A stretch of 62,238 nucleotides of DNA, counting the filler, from Chiloscyllium plagiosum (taxonomy: Eukaryota), in NCBI RefSeq assembly GCF_004010195.1. It is 4 parts of one record of this genome, joined end to end, with 100 filler letters (N's around TTAATTAATTAA, not from the genome) between each part and the next. Parts side by side here need not be neighbours in the genome. Positions count along the whole stretch, not along the records: positions 1 to 27,417 come from NC_057714.1; positions 27,518 to 43,143 come from NC_057714.1; 2 more parts are not named here. One strand, 5' to 3'. The position numbers and the translations under genes were made by a program. Positions 25,801 through 36,295 of the stretch are shown in pieces. Numbering within the stretch: position 1 is the first letter of the stretch; every line of letters starts with the position of its first letter. The notes beneath the pieces were generated by a model that was not told the DNA's origin, did not search any database, and saw nothing but the letters and a program-made list of their open reading frames with translations.

Positions 25801-26270
25801 ACACTGTCAGAGGGTCAGTGCTGAGGGAGTGTCGCACAGTTGGAGGGTCAGTGTTGCGATAGTGCTACACTGTCGGAGGACCGGTGCTGAGGGAGTGCTG
25901 CACTGTCAGAGGATCAGAACTGAGGAAGCGCCACACTATCGGAAGGTCAGTGAAAAGGGAGTGCCGCATTGTCGGAGGATGAGTGCAGAGGGAGTGCCAC
26001 ACTGTTGGAGGGTCAGTACTGAGGGAGCACCGCACATGTCAGATGGTCAGTGCTGAGGGAGTGCCGCACTGTTAGAGAGTCAGAACTGAGGGAGTGCTGC
26101 ACTGTTGGAGGGTCAATGCTGAGAGAGTGCCGCACTGTTACAGGGTCAGTGCTGAGGGAGTGCCGCACTGTCAGAGAATTAGAAATGAGGAAGCGCCGCA
26201 CTGTTGGAGGGTCAGTGCTGGGGGTGTGCCGCACTGTTGGAGGGTCAGTGCTGAGGGAGTGCCGCAGTGT
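22878..26270 (+). repeat. 33-bp satellite (CACTGTCGGAGGGTCAGTGCTGAGGGAGTGCCG) with three ~155-bp chimeric spacers
   Basis: Periodic monomers visible throughout; spacers at ~23533-23690, ~24292-24446 and ~25272-25427. Confidence 0.95.
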
Positions 26271-26478
26271 CTTGGATATGGTGTTTTGGATGAGACATTT
26301 AATAATGGTTGAATGGGACTTCTTAAAGATTCAGAGAGATCGCTGGGCCCTATTTTAATATATCACCAACACGAACGAAACAGACTGCCTAGTGTTGCAC
26401 TCAAATGGTCTGGATGAGGGCAGTTCTGAATCCACACCTCAGAGTTCCTGAGACTTGCAGACCGGATTTTACACTCAC

Positions 26479-26574
26479 CTGTCTGACAGCCCGTTCCAGC
26501 CCAGCCCTCTGGACACAGACACATGTTCGACCGCATACACGTCCCACCATGTGAACATGGCGGGGAACACATCG
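26479..26574 (-). CDS. EGF-repeat protein: short EGF exon
   Basis: ctgtccatag|CG...ACAG|gtgag, 96 nt, phase 1-1; MCSPPCSHGGTCMRSNMCLCPEGWAGTGCQT. Confidence 0.92.
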
Positions 26575-26825
26575 CTATGGACAGAGAGAGGGAGGTGAGG
26601 GGTGTTGCTGATGTTTGACCAGGCACCTTAACACAGACTCCCTGTTACTATGGTTACCCCTCCCCGGAGAAGGTACTGAGCATTGCACATTACAGCTACA
26701 CTTTTCCAGCCACACATTTTTCTGATCTCCAGCATCTGCAGTCCTCACTTTCTCCTAGATTACAGCAGTGAGCCTAGGATGGACAACTGCTCACTGCAGT
26801 GTCTCAGTGTTCGATAGCTCTTACT

Positions 26826-27417
26826 GTGGGATTGATACAGGGCTATGGGGAGAGAGCGGGGCAGTGGGATTAGTTTGGGGATTGATACAGGGCTATGGGG
26901 AGAGGGTGGAGCTGTGGGATTGGTTTGGGGATTGATACAGGGCTATGGGGAGAGGGTGGAGCTGTGGGATTGGTTTGGGGATTGATACAGGGCTATGGGG
27001 AGAGGGTGGAGCTGTGGGATTGGTTTGGGGATTGATACAGGGCTATGGGGAGAGGGTGGAGCTGTGGGATTGGTTTGGGGATTGATACAGGGCTATGGGG
27101 AGAGGGTGGAGCTGTGGGATTGGTTTGGGGATTGATACAGGGCTATGGGGAGAGGGTGGAGCTGTGGGATTGGTTTGGGGATTGATACAGGGCTATGGGG
27201 AGAGGGTGGAGCTGTGGGATTGGTTTGGGGATTGATACAGGGCTATGGGGAGAGGGTGGAGCTGTGGGATTGGTTTGGGGATTGATACAGGGCTATGGGG
27301 AGAGGGTGGAGCTGTGGGATTGGTTTGGGGATTGATACAGGGCTATGGGGAGAGGGTGGAGCTGTGGGATTGGTTTGGGGATTGATACAGGGCTATGGGG
27401 AGAGAGCGGGGCAGTGG
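26826..27417 (+). repeat. 50-bp G-rich minisatellite, ~11.5 near-identical copies, runs into gap
   Basis: Unit ATTGATACAGGGCTATGGGGAGAGGGTGGAGCTGTGGGATTGGTTTGGGG. Confidence 0.95.
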
Positions 27418-27517
27418 NNNNNNNNNNNNNNNNNNNNNNNNNNNNNNNNNNNNNNNNNNNNTTAATTAATTAANNNNNNNNNNNNNNNNNNNNNNNNNNN
27501 NNNNNNNNNNNNNNNNN
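27418..27517. other. Scaffolding spacer N44-TTAATTAATTAA-N44 (also 43144-43243, 54594-54693)
   Basis: Identical 12-mer giving stops in all six frames, centred in 100-nt gaps three times. Confidence 0.9.
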
Positions 27518-28130
27518 GTGTGTATGCAGTGTGTGTGGGTGCAGTGTGGGTGCAGTGGGTGTGTATACAGTGGGTGTGGGTGCAGTGTGTGGGTACAGTA
27601 GGTGTGGGTTACAGTGGGTGTGGGTACAGTGGGTGTGAGTACAGTGTGTGTGGGTGCAGTGGGTGTGTGTATGCAGTGTGTGTGGGTGCAGTGTGGGTGC
27701 AGTGGGTGTGTATACAGTGGGTGTGGGTGCAGTGTGTGGGTACAGTAGGTGTGGGTTACAGTGGGTGTGTGTACAGTGGGTGTGTGTACAGTGGGTGTGG
27801 GTACAGTGTGTGTGTGTGTACAGTGTGTGTGGGTGCAGTGGGTGTGTGTATGCAGTGTGTGTGGGTGCAGTGTGGGTGCAGTGGGTGTGTATACAGTGGG
27901 TGTGGGTGCAGTGTGTGGGTACAGTAGGTGTGGGTTACAGTGGGTGTGGGTACAGTGGGTGTGGGTACAGTGTGTGTGTACAGTGTATGTGGGTGCAGTG
28001 GGTGTGGGTGCAGTGTGTGGGTACAGTAGGTGTGTGTACAGGGGTGTGGGTACAGTGGGTGTGGGTTATAGTGGGTGTGTGTACAGGGGTGTGGGTACAG
28101 TGGGTGTGGGTGGACTGTGTGTGGGTGAAG
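27518..28130 (+). repeat. GT-rich compound minisatellite (CAGTGGGTGTGGGTA-like units)
   Basis: Direct inspection; ends ~20 nt from the EGF exon donor. Confidence 0.9.
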
Positions 28131-28150
28131 TTGGTTTGAGTGTTACTCAC

Positions 28151-28273
28151 TGACACAGGTTGTATTGTCCTTGTCCAGCGCCAGTCCAACAGGGCACCCA
28201 CAGACGTGTCCTCCGTTTTCGTTGGTGCAGGAGTGGGAGCAACGACCATTATCAATCTTACACTCATCAATAT
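28151..28273 (-). CDS. EGF-repeat protein (VWDE-like): calcium-binding-type EGF exon
   Basis: ttctcag|AT...GTCA|gtgag, 123 nt, phase 1-1; (D)IDECKIDNGRCSHSCTNENGGHVCGCPVGLALDKDNTTCV. Confidence 0.9.
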
Positions 28274-28898
28274 CTGAGAACAATGACAGGAATAGTTAGG
28301 CCAATACTCTGGGAGACAGCGTTTAACTGACACCCAGCATGGATCAGCAACTGGAGTGGACCAGCCATCAATACATGACACTCACTTGCTGACTCCCCAG
28401 AACCTGCACACCACCCACAAGACCCAAATAAGGATGCTGTTATGATCCTTTTACATATTACAGGAATATTTCAAAAGTGACAAGTTTCTGAGACTGACAG
28501 AAATTATCAAAAGACAAAATATCACTTTAAAGGTCTCTACTTTTTTCCACCAGCTAACCAATAACAAAACGCCTGTCACTGAGCTCCACATTTCTGGTAG
28601 ATTTGCATGTTGATGAGGAATGACTCCCTGTTGCTCCCAGTTCTCAGGCACCCTTACATCCTGCAGCCAAACTGGGTCTAAAACTCTAGGGGCCTTTCTA
28701 TGTTGTTCCACTCAGACTGACAGTCCCAGAACAGATTTTCACCGGTAAGGTCCAAGTTGGTCCATCTTTCTCCAAAAGATCCTTCCTTTTGGACAGAACA
28801 TCCCCTCAATGTGAGGCCTACATAAACACATCAAACAAACTAGCAGTAGGAGTGGGCCATTCAGTCCCTCAAGCCTGCTTCATTGTTTGCTAACAATA

Positions 28899-29200
28899 GG
28901 TGGCACAGTGGCTCAGTGTGCATCAGGGACCCAGGTTCGATTCCAGCCTCAGGCAACTGTCTGTGTGGAGTTTGCACATTCTCCCCGTGTCTGCATGTTT
29001 CCTCCACGTGCTCCGGTTTCCTCCCACAGTCCAAAAATGTGCACATCAGGTGGATTGGCCATGTTAAAATAACCATGGTGTTAGGTGTGTTAATCAGGGG
29101 TAAATATAAGGTAGGGGAATGGGTCTGGGTAGGTTATTCTTTGGAGGGTCAGTGTGGACTTGTTGGGCTGAAGGATCTGTTTCCACACTGTAAGGATTCT
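28899..29200 (+). mobile_element. tRNA-derived SINE (HE1-like)
   Basis: A/B boxes (GGTTCGATTCC) and conserved body. Confidence 0.85.
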
Positions 29201-29589
29201 ATTAAACACTGATGCATTTGTGTTTCAGAGAAGGTGATGGTTTTATCGCTCGATCGTTAATCCAGGGACTCAGGGTTCGAATTCTGCTCTGGTGGATGGC
29301 AAAATCTGAGCTCAATAAAAATCTGGAATTAATATGATAGTGACCAGGGGAATGTTACCAACTGACAAAAAATACATCTGGTTCACTGACGTCCTTTGGA
29401 GAGGGAAATCTCTCATTCTTACCTGGTCTGGCCTACATGTGACTCCAGACCCACAGCAACATGGGTGACTCTTAACTGCCCTCTGGGTAATTAGGGATGG
29501 GCAATAAATGCTGGCCCTCATCCTGTGAATGAATGAAAAATAACTACTCCCAATAACCTCCGATTCCATGCCAAATAGAAGTCTACCTA

Positions 29590-29900
29590 CTACAGTCTGA
29601 AAAATATAGAACGACCTTTAGCCCAGTGCGTCCTGAGGCAGATTCCCAGAGTGGCACAACCCTCCCAGAGATAATTTCTCATCTCCAGTAAAAGGCTGCT
29701 CCTTCCTTTTAAACAGAGCCTCTCCTGGTTCGAGATAACTTCAATCAAGTCATTCCTCACCCTTCCACACTCCAGTGGAAAGAAATCCAGTCTGACTAAT
29801 CTTTTCTCATAAGACAACCTGCTCATTCCGGACATCAATCTATAAACCTGTTCTGAACTGCCTCCAGTACATTTACATCCTTCCTTAAGTAAGGAGACTG
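29590..29900 (-). mobile_element. Old CR1 fragment
   Basis: LSYEKRL..LDFFPLE..RNDLIEV. Confidence 0.65.
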
Positions 29901-30005
29901 AAACACCACACACCACAACAATGTATACTGATGTATTACATCCATATTCTTACATTCAATCTGTTTGGTGTTGTGGTTGTGTTCGCCAAGCTGGAAGTTT
30001 TTGTT

Positions 30006-30045
30006 GCAAACGTTTCGTCCCCTGGCTAGGCGACATCATCAGTGC
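30006..30045 (-). ncRNA. Type I minimal hammerhead ribozyme (inverted copy)
   Basis: Exact reverse complement of 30399-30438. Confidence 0.7.
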
Positions 30046-30398
30046 TTGGGAGCCTCCTGCGAAGCGCTTCTTTGATGTTTCCTCCGGTGTTTATAGTGGT
30101 CTGTCCCTCTGCCATAACGGCACACAAACCAACAGCCACGCTCAGACAACAACTCACCAGAACGAAGGACCCGATACCCAACATGAGCAAGACGAATGTA
30201 GTGTACAAAATACCATGCGACAATAGACAATAGACAATAGGTGCAGGAGTAGGCCATTCAGCCCTTCGAGCCTGCACCACCATTCAATATAATCATGGCT
30301 GAAACTGACAGCTGAAACTGACAACCGGAAGCGGCAGGGACATACCACTATAAACACTGGAGGAAACATCAAAGAAGCGCTTCGCAGGAGGCTCCCAA

Positions 30399-30438
30399 GC
30401 ACTGATGATGTCGCCTAGCCAGGGGACGAAACGTTTGC
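30399..30438 (+). ncRNA. Type I minimal hammerhead ribozyme
   Basis: GCA-CTGATGA-T-GTC(GCCTAGCCAGGG)GAC-GAAAC-GTT-TGC: intact core, stem II, 3-bp stem I, palindromic AAACGTTT stem III. Confidence 0.7.
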
Positions 30439-30629
30439 AACAAAAACCTCTAGCTCGGCGAACAGAACCACAACAACGAGCACCCGAGCTACAAATCTTC
30501 GCACAAACTTTGAATTTGTTTCGTAATAAAGAACAGTATTCCAGTCACCTTCATGGTAATGTGCCGTACCTGAGCTAATCCAGTACCTGCATATTAATTA
30601 CAGGAAGATAGTTGTGAATGTTGGAGCTT

Positions 30630-31296
30630 TAAACATCTTCAGTTGCTTCATCAATGACCTTTCTTCTGTCATGAGGTCAGAAGTGGGGATGGTCGCCGAT
30701 GATTGTACAATGTCGGAGACTGAAGCAGTCCATGTTCAAATGCAGCAAGATCTGGACAGTATCCAGGCTTGGGCTGGCCAATGGTAAGTAACACCCACGC
30801 CACAGAAATACCAGCCAATGACCATCACCAAAAAGAGACAATCTAACCACCACTCCTTGACATTTAATGGTGTTGCCATCATTGAAACCCCCCACTATCC
30901 TGGGGGGGTTATCACTGACCAAAAACTCAACATAAACAGAGTGGCTACAAGAGCAGGTTAGAGGCTGGGACTCCTGCAGCAAGTAACCCATCTCCTGACT
31001 CCCCAAAGCCTGTCCACCATCTACAAGACACAGGTCAGGAGTGTGATGGAATACTCCCCACTTGCCCTGGGTGGGGGCAGCTCCAACAACACTCGGGAAG
31101 CTTGACACCATCCAAGACAAAGCAGCCGCTTGATTGGCACCACATCCACAAACATCCACTCCCTCCCCCACCGACGCTCAGTAGCAGCAGTGTGTACCAT
31201 CTACAAGATGCACGGCAGAAACTCACCAAAGATCCTCAGACAGCACCTTCCAAACTCATGACAACTTCCATCTCGAAGGACAAGGGCAGCAGATAC
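30630..31296 (+). mobile_element. Second-family CR1/L2-group LINE 3' fragment
   Basis: FSCFINDL..ADD..QQDLDSIQAW; homologous to 58350-59760. Confidence 0.8.
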
Positions 31297-31831
31297 NNNN
31301 NNNNNNNNNNNNNNNNNNNNNNNNNNNNNNNNNNNNNNNNNNNNNNNNNNNNNNNNNNNNNNNNNNNNNNNNNNNNNNNNNNNNNNNNNNNNNNNNNNNN
31401 NNNNNNNNNNNNNNNNNNNNNNNNNNNNNNNNNNNNNNNNNNNNNNNNNNNNNNNNNNNNNNNNNNNNNNNNNNNNNNNNNNNNNNNNNNNNNNNNNNNN
31501 NNNNNNNNNNNNNNNNNNNNNNNNNNNNNNNNNNNNNNNNNNNNNNNNNNNNNNNNNNNNNNNNNNNNNNNNNNNNNNNNNNNNNNNNNNNNNNNNNNNN
31601 NNNNNNNNNNNNNNNNNNNNNNNNNNNNNNNNNNNNNNNNNNNNNNNNNNNNNNNNNNNNNNNNNNNNNNNNNNNNNNNNNNNNNNNNNNNNNNNNNNNN
31701 NNNNNNNNNNNNNNNNNNNNNNNNNNNNNNNNNNNNNNNNNNNNNNNNNNNNNNNNNNNNNNNNNNNNNNNNNNNNNNNNNNNNNNNNNNNNNNNNTGCC
31801 TGTATCACAGTGTTATGGCCAGTTTGCTCAC

Positions 31832-31881
31832 ATTCCCTACAACTCCCGCTCTCATCCACACACGGAGCAAGGATCTCCAAC
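31832..31881 (-). CDS. Possible upstream exon of the EGF gene
   Basis: Non-repeat island with acceptor cttcaacctgtccaacag|G reading LEILAPCVDESGSCRE. It either ends at a gtgagc donor or runs on (CEQTGHNTVIQA) into the gap at 31796. No domain recognised. Confidence 0.25.
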
Positions 31882-32029
31882 CTGTTGGACAGGTTGAAGG
31901 GCGAGGGTCCTTCAGCACTACCTCCAGGACCCCTCTACCTGCCTCACTCAGAGCCACACCCTCCTGTCCCTAACCACTGACTGAATTCGAAGTCATTAAC
32001 CTACCGGGTGTGACTGCCTCCTGAAACAC

Positions 32030-32585
32030 AGCGTCCCAGGTAACTGACTCTCTGACAGAGTAGTATTGCCTCAGTACTGACCCTCCAACGGTGCACCACT
32101 CACCTGCACTGACCTTCCAACAGTCCAGCACTCCCTTAGCACTGACTCTCTGACAGTGCAACACTCCCTCAGCATTGATCCCGCGACAGTGCCGCACCCC
32201 TTCAGGACTGACTCTCTGACAGTGCGGTGCTCCCTCAACATTGGCCCTCCAACAGTGCGGCACTCCCTAAATACTGACCCTCCGACAGTGCGGTGCTCCC
32301 TAAATACTGACCCTCCGACAGTGCAGCGCTCCCTCAGCACTGACCCTCCGACAGTGCAGCGCTCCTTCAGCACTGACCCTCCGACAGTGCGGCACTCCCT
32401 CAGTACTGACCTTCCGACAGTGCAGCGCTCCTTCAGCACTGACCCTCTGACAGTGCGGCACTCCCTCAGCACTGACCCTCCGACAGTGCGGCACTCCCTC
32501 AGCACTGACCCTCTGACAATGCAGCACTCCCTCAGCACTGACCCTCTGACAGTGCGGCACTCCCTCAGTACTGACCCTCCGACAG
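32030..32585 (-). repeat. 33-bp satellite, opposite orientation to 22878-26270
   Basis: CACTCCCTCAGCACTGACCCTCCGACAGTGCGG units. Confidence 0.92.
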
Positions 32586-32599
32586 ATTTTCAAAAATGT

Positions 32600-34900
32600 A
32601 TTCAGTTTTTGGATTGTGGGTGTCACTGGCATGGCCCAGTATTTATTACCCGTCCCTAGTTGCCCCTTGAGAAGGTGGGGGTGAGCTATCTTCTTGAATC
32701 ACTGCAGTCCATGTGCTGTGGGTAGACCCACAATGCCCTTAGGGAGGTAATTCCAGGATTCTGACCCAGTGACACTGAAGGAACAGCGATATACTTCCAA
32801 GTCAGGATGGTGAGTGGCTTGGGGGGGAGATTGCAGGGGGTGGTGTTGCCATGTGTCTGCTGCCCTTGTCCTTTTAGATGTAAGTATTTGTGGGTTTGGA
32901 AGGTGCTGTCTGAGAATCTTGCTACTGTTGCTGCTACTGAGCTTTGTCCTGGATGGTGTCAAACTTCTTGAGTGTTGTTGGGGCTGTTCTCATCGCGGCA
33001 AGTGGGGAGTATTCCATCACCCTCCTGAACTTGTTCCTTATAGGTAGTGGACAGAGTTTGGGCAGTCAGGAGGTGAGTTACTCATCGCAGTATTCCTAGC
33101 CTCTGACCTGTTCTTGTAGTCATTATGTTTAAGTTCAGTTGAGTTTCTGATCAATAACCCCCAGGATGTTGAAAGTGGAGTATTCAGTGACGGTAACACC
33201 ATTGAATGTCAAGGGGAAGTGGTTAAATTGTCTCTTATTGGTCTTGGTCATAGCCTGGCATTTGTGTGGCGCAAATGTTCCTTGTCACTTGTCAGCCCAA
33301 GCCTGGACATTGTCCAGATCTTGTTGCATTGGAGCACGGACTGCTTCAGTATCTGAGGAGTCGCGAATGGTGCTGAGCACTGTGCAATCATCGGCAAACA
33401 TCCCCACTTCTGACCTTATGACAGAGGGAAGGTCATTGATGAAGCAGCTGAAGATGGTTGGGCCTAGGACACTACCCTGAGGGACTCCTGCAGAGATGTC
33501 CTGGGGCTAAGATGACTGATCTCCAAAACTTGGTCGAATCCAGCCTTGATGTCAAAGGCTGTCCCTCTCCCCTCCCCTCCCCTCTGGAATCCAGCTCTTT
33601 TGTCCATGTTTGACCCAAGGCTGTAATGAGATCAGGAGCTGAATGGCCCTGGGGGAATCCAAACTGGGCGTCACTGAGCAGGTTATTGCTGAGCAGGTGC
33701 TGCTTGGTAGCTCTGTTACTGACACCGTCCATCACTTTACTGAGGATCGAGAGGAGACTGATGGGGTGGTAATCGGCTGAGTTGGATTTGTCCTGCTTTT
33801 AATGTCCAGGACATACCTGGGCAATTTTCCATTGTCCAGTAGATGCCAGTGTTGTAGCTGTATTGGAACAGCTTGTGTAGGGGAACGACAGGTTCTGAAG
33901 CACAACTCTTCAGTCCTACTGCCGGAGTGTTGTCAGGGTCCATGGTCTTTGCAGTATCCAGTGCCTCCAGCTGTTTCTTGATATCACGTGGAGTGAATTG
34001 AATTGACTGGAGACTGGTATCTGTGACACTGGGGACCACTAGAGGAGGCCGAGGTGGATCATCCACTCAGTATTTCTGGCTGAAAATTGACACGAAAGGT
34101 TCAGCCTTATCAATTGCCCTGATGTGCTTGGGTTCCTCCATCATTGAGGATGGGGATATTTGTACAGCCTCCTCCTCTAGTGAGGTACATGATTCATCAC
34201 CATTCCTGACTGGATGTGGCAGGACTGCAGAGCTTAGATCTAATCCATGAGTTGTGGGATCACTTAGCACTGTCTGTCACTTGCTGCTTATGCTGTTTGC
34301 CATGCAAGTAATCCTGTTTGGTCGCTTCACCAGGCTGACACCTCATCTTCAGGTATCCCTGGTGCTGCTCCTGGCATGCCCTCCTGCACTCTCCATTGAA
34401 CCAGGGTTGATCCTGGTTGAGTGGGGGATATGCCGGGCCAAGAGGTTACAGATTGTGCTGCCTGTTGATGGCCCACAGTGCCTCATGGATGCTCAGTCTT
34501 GAGTTGCTAGATCTGTCCCATTTAGCACGGTGATAGTGCCACACAACACGATGGAGACTATTTTCAGTATGAGGATGGGACTTTGTCTCCACAAGGATTG
34601 TGTGGTGGTCACTCTTACCGATACTGTCATGGACAGATGCAGCCGCAGAAAGCTGATGGATAAGGATGAGGTCAAGTTATGTTTTTCCCTCTTGTTGGTT
34701 CCCTCCCCACCTGCCGCACCCCCAGTCTGGCAGCTATGTCCTTTAGGACCTGACCAGCTCCATCAGTAATACTGCTACTGAGCCACTCTTGGTGGTGGGC
34801 ACTGAACTCCCCCACCCAGAGTACACTCTGTGCCCCTGCCATCCTCAATGCTTCCTGTAAGTGTTATTCAACATGGAGGATACTAATTCATCAGAGACGG
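32600..34900 (-). mobile_element. Second-family CR1/L2-group LINE, degenerate ORF2
   Basis: QFGFPQGHSAPDL, VPQGSVLGPTIFSCFINDL, FADD motifs. Confidence 0.85.
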
Positions 34901-34909
34901 AGGATGGTA

Positions 34910-36295
34910 CTATAAGACCATGAGACATAGGAGCAGGAATTAGGCCATTCAGCCCATCGAGTCTGCACTACCATTCAATCATGGCTGAGAAGTTTTTCAA
35001 CCCTATTTTCCTGCTTTCTCCCCTTAACTTTTGATCCTCCTAGCAATCTAGAACTTATAGAGTCATAGATATGTACAGCATGGAAACATTGAACTCTTCC
35101 ATGCTGACCAGATATCTCATCCCAATCTAGTCCCACCTGCCAGCATCTGTCCCATATCCCTCCAAACCCTTCCTATTCATATACCCATCCAAATGCCATT
35201 TAAATGTTGCAATTGTACCAGCCTCCACCACTTCCTCTGGCAGCTCATTCCATACACGCCCCACCCTCCGCATGAAAAAGTTGCCCCTTAGGTCTCTTTT
35301 ATATCTTTCCCCTCTCACCCTAAACCTATGCCCTCTAGTTCTGGACTCCCCCACCCAGGGAAAAGACTTTGTCTATTAATCCTATCCATGCCCCTCATGA
35401 TTTTGTAAACCTTTATAAGGTCACTCCTCAGCCTCCGACGCTCCAGGGAAAACAGCCCCAGCCTGTTCAGCCTCTCCCGAAAGCTCAAACCCTCCAATCC
35501 TGGCAACATCCTTGTAAATCTTTTCTGAACCCTTTCAAGTTTCACAACATTCTTCTGACAGGAAGGAGACCGAAATTGCACGCAATATTCCAACAGTGGC
35601 CGAACCAATGTCCTGTACAGCCGCAACATGACCTCCCAACTCCTGTACTCAATACTCTAACCAATAAAGGAAAGCATACCAAATGCCTTCTTCACTATCC
35701 TATCTACCTGCGACTCCACTTTCAATAAGCTATGAACCTGCACTCCAAGCTCTCATTGTTCAGCAACACTCCCTAGGACCTTACCATTAAGTGTATAAGT
35801 CCTGCTAAGATTTGATTTCCCAAATTGCAGCACCTCGCATTGTTGAAATGAAACTCCATCTGCCACTCCTCAGCCTTTTGGCCCATCTGATCAAGATCCC
35901 ATTGTAATCTGAGTTAAACTCCTTCGCTGTCCACTACACCTCCAATTTTGGTGTCAACTGCAAACTTACTAATTATACCTCGTATGTTCATATCCAAATC
36001 AGCACCCAGCACCGTTCCTTATGGCACTCCACTGGTCACAGGCCTCCAGTCTGAAAAACAACCCACCACCACCACCCTTTTTCTTCGACCTTCGAGCCAG
36101 ATCTGCATCCATTTGGCTAGTTCTCCCTGTACTCCATGAGATCTAACCTTGCTAACCAGTCTCCCATGGGGAACCTTGTCGAACGCCATAGTGAAGTCCA
36201 TATAGATCGCACCTACTGCTCTGCCCTCATCAATCTTCTTTGTTACTTCTTCAAATAACTCAATCAAATTTGGAAGACAGGATTTCCCATGCACA
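34910..36295 (-). mobile_element. CR1 3' fragments
   Basis: [32 protein letters not shown]. Confidence 0.9.

Larger units (their letters stand above)
29970..30515. mobile_element. Penelope-like element with inverted terminal duplication
   Basis: Arms ~29970-30107 and ~30336-30474 are reverse complements. Between them are HKPTATLRQQLTRTKDPIP..NVVYKIPC (start of GIY-YIG) and a short CR1 tail (30222-30300). Confidence 0.85.

Noticed and set aside
22878..26270. CRISPR-like appearance (~33-bp periodicity)
   Set aside because: Monomers are contiguous with no unique spacers, there are no cas genes, and the context is a vertebrate intron.
24335..26358. Repetitive ORFs (REHRTVGGSVL / HCRRVSAEGAP)n that look like zinc-finger or repeat proteins
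   Set aside because: They result from a 33-nt (multiple of 3) satellite, are open in several frames on both strands, and have no splice or domain support.
27462..27473. TTAATTAATTAA islands (also 43188-43199, 54638-54649)
   Set aside because: Centred in fixed 100-nt N gaps; an artificial six-frame stop linker from assembly.
27520..28153. Cys/Val/Gly-rich keratin-associated-like ORFs
   Set aside because: Translations of a GT-rich minisatellite.
10941..28273. Assigning the symbol VWDE, WIF1 or EGFL7
   Set aside because: No VWD, WIF or N-terminal EMI exon is visible, so orthology cannot be established from EGF repeats alone.
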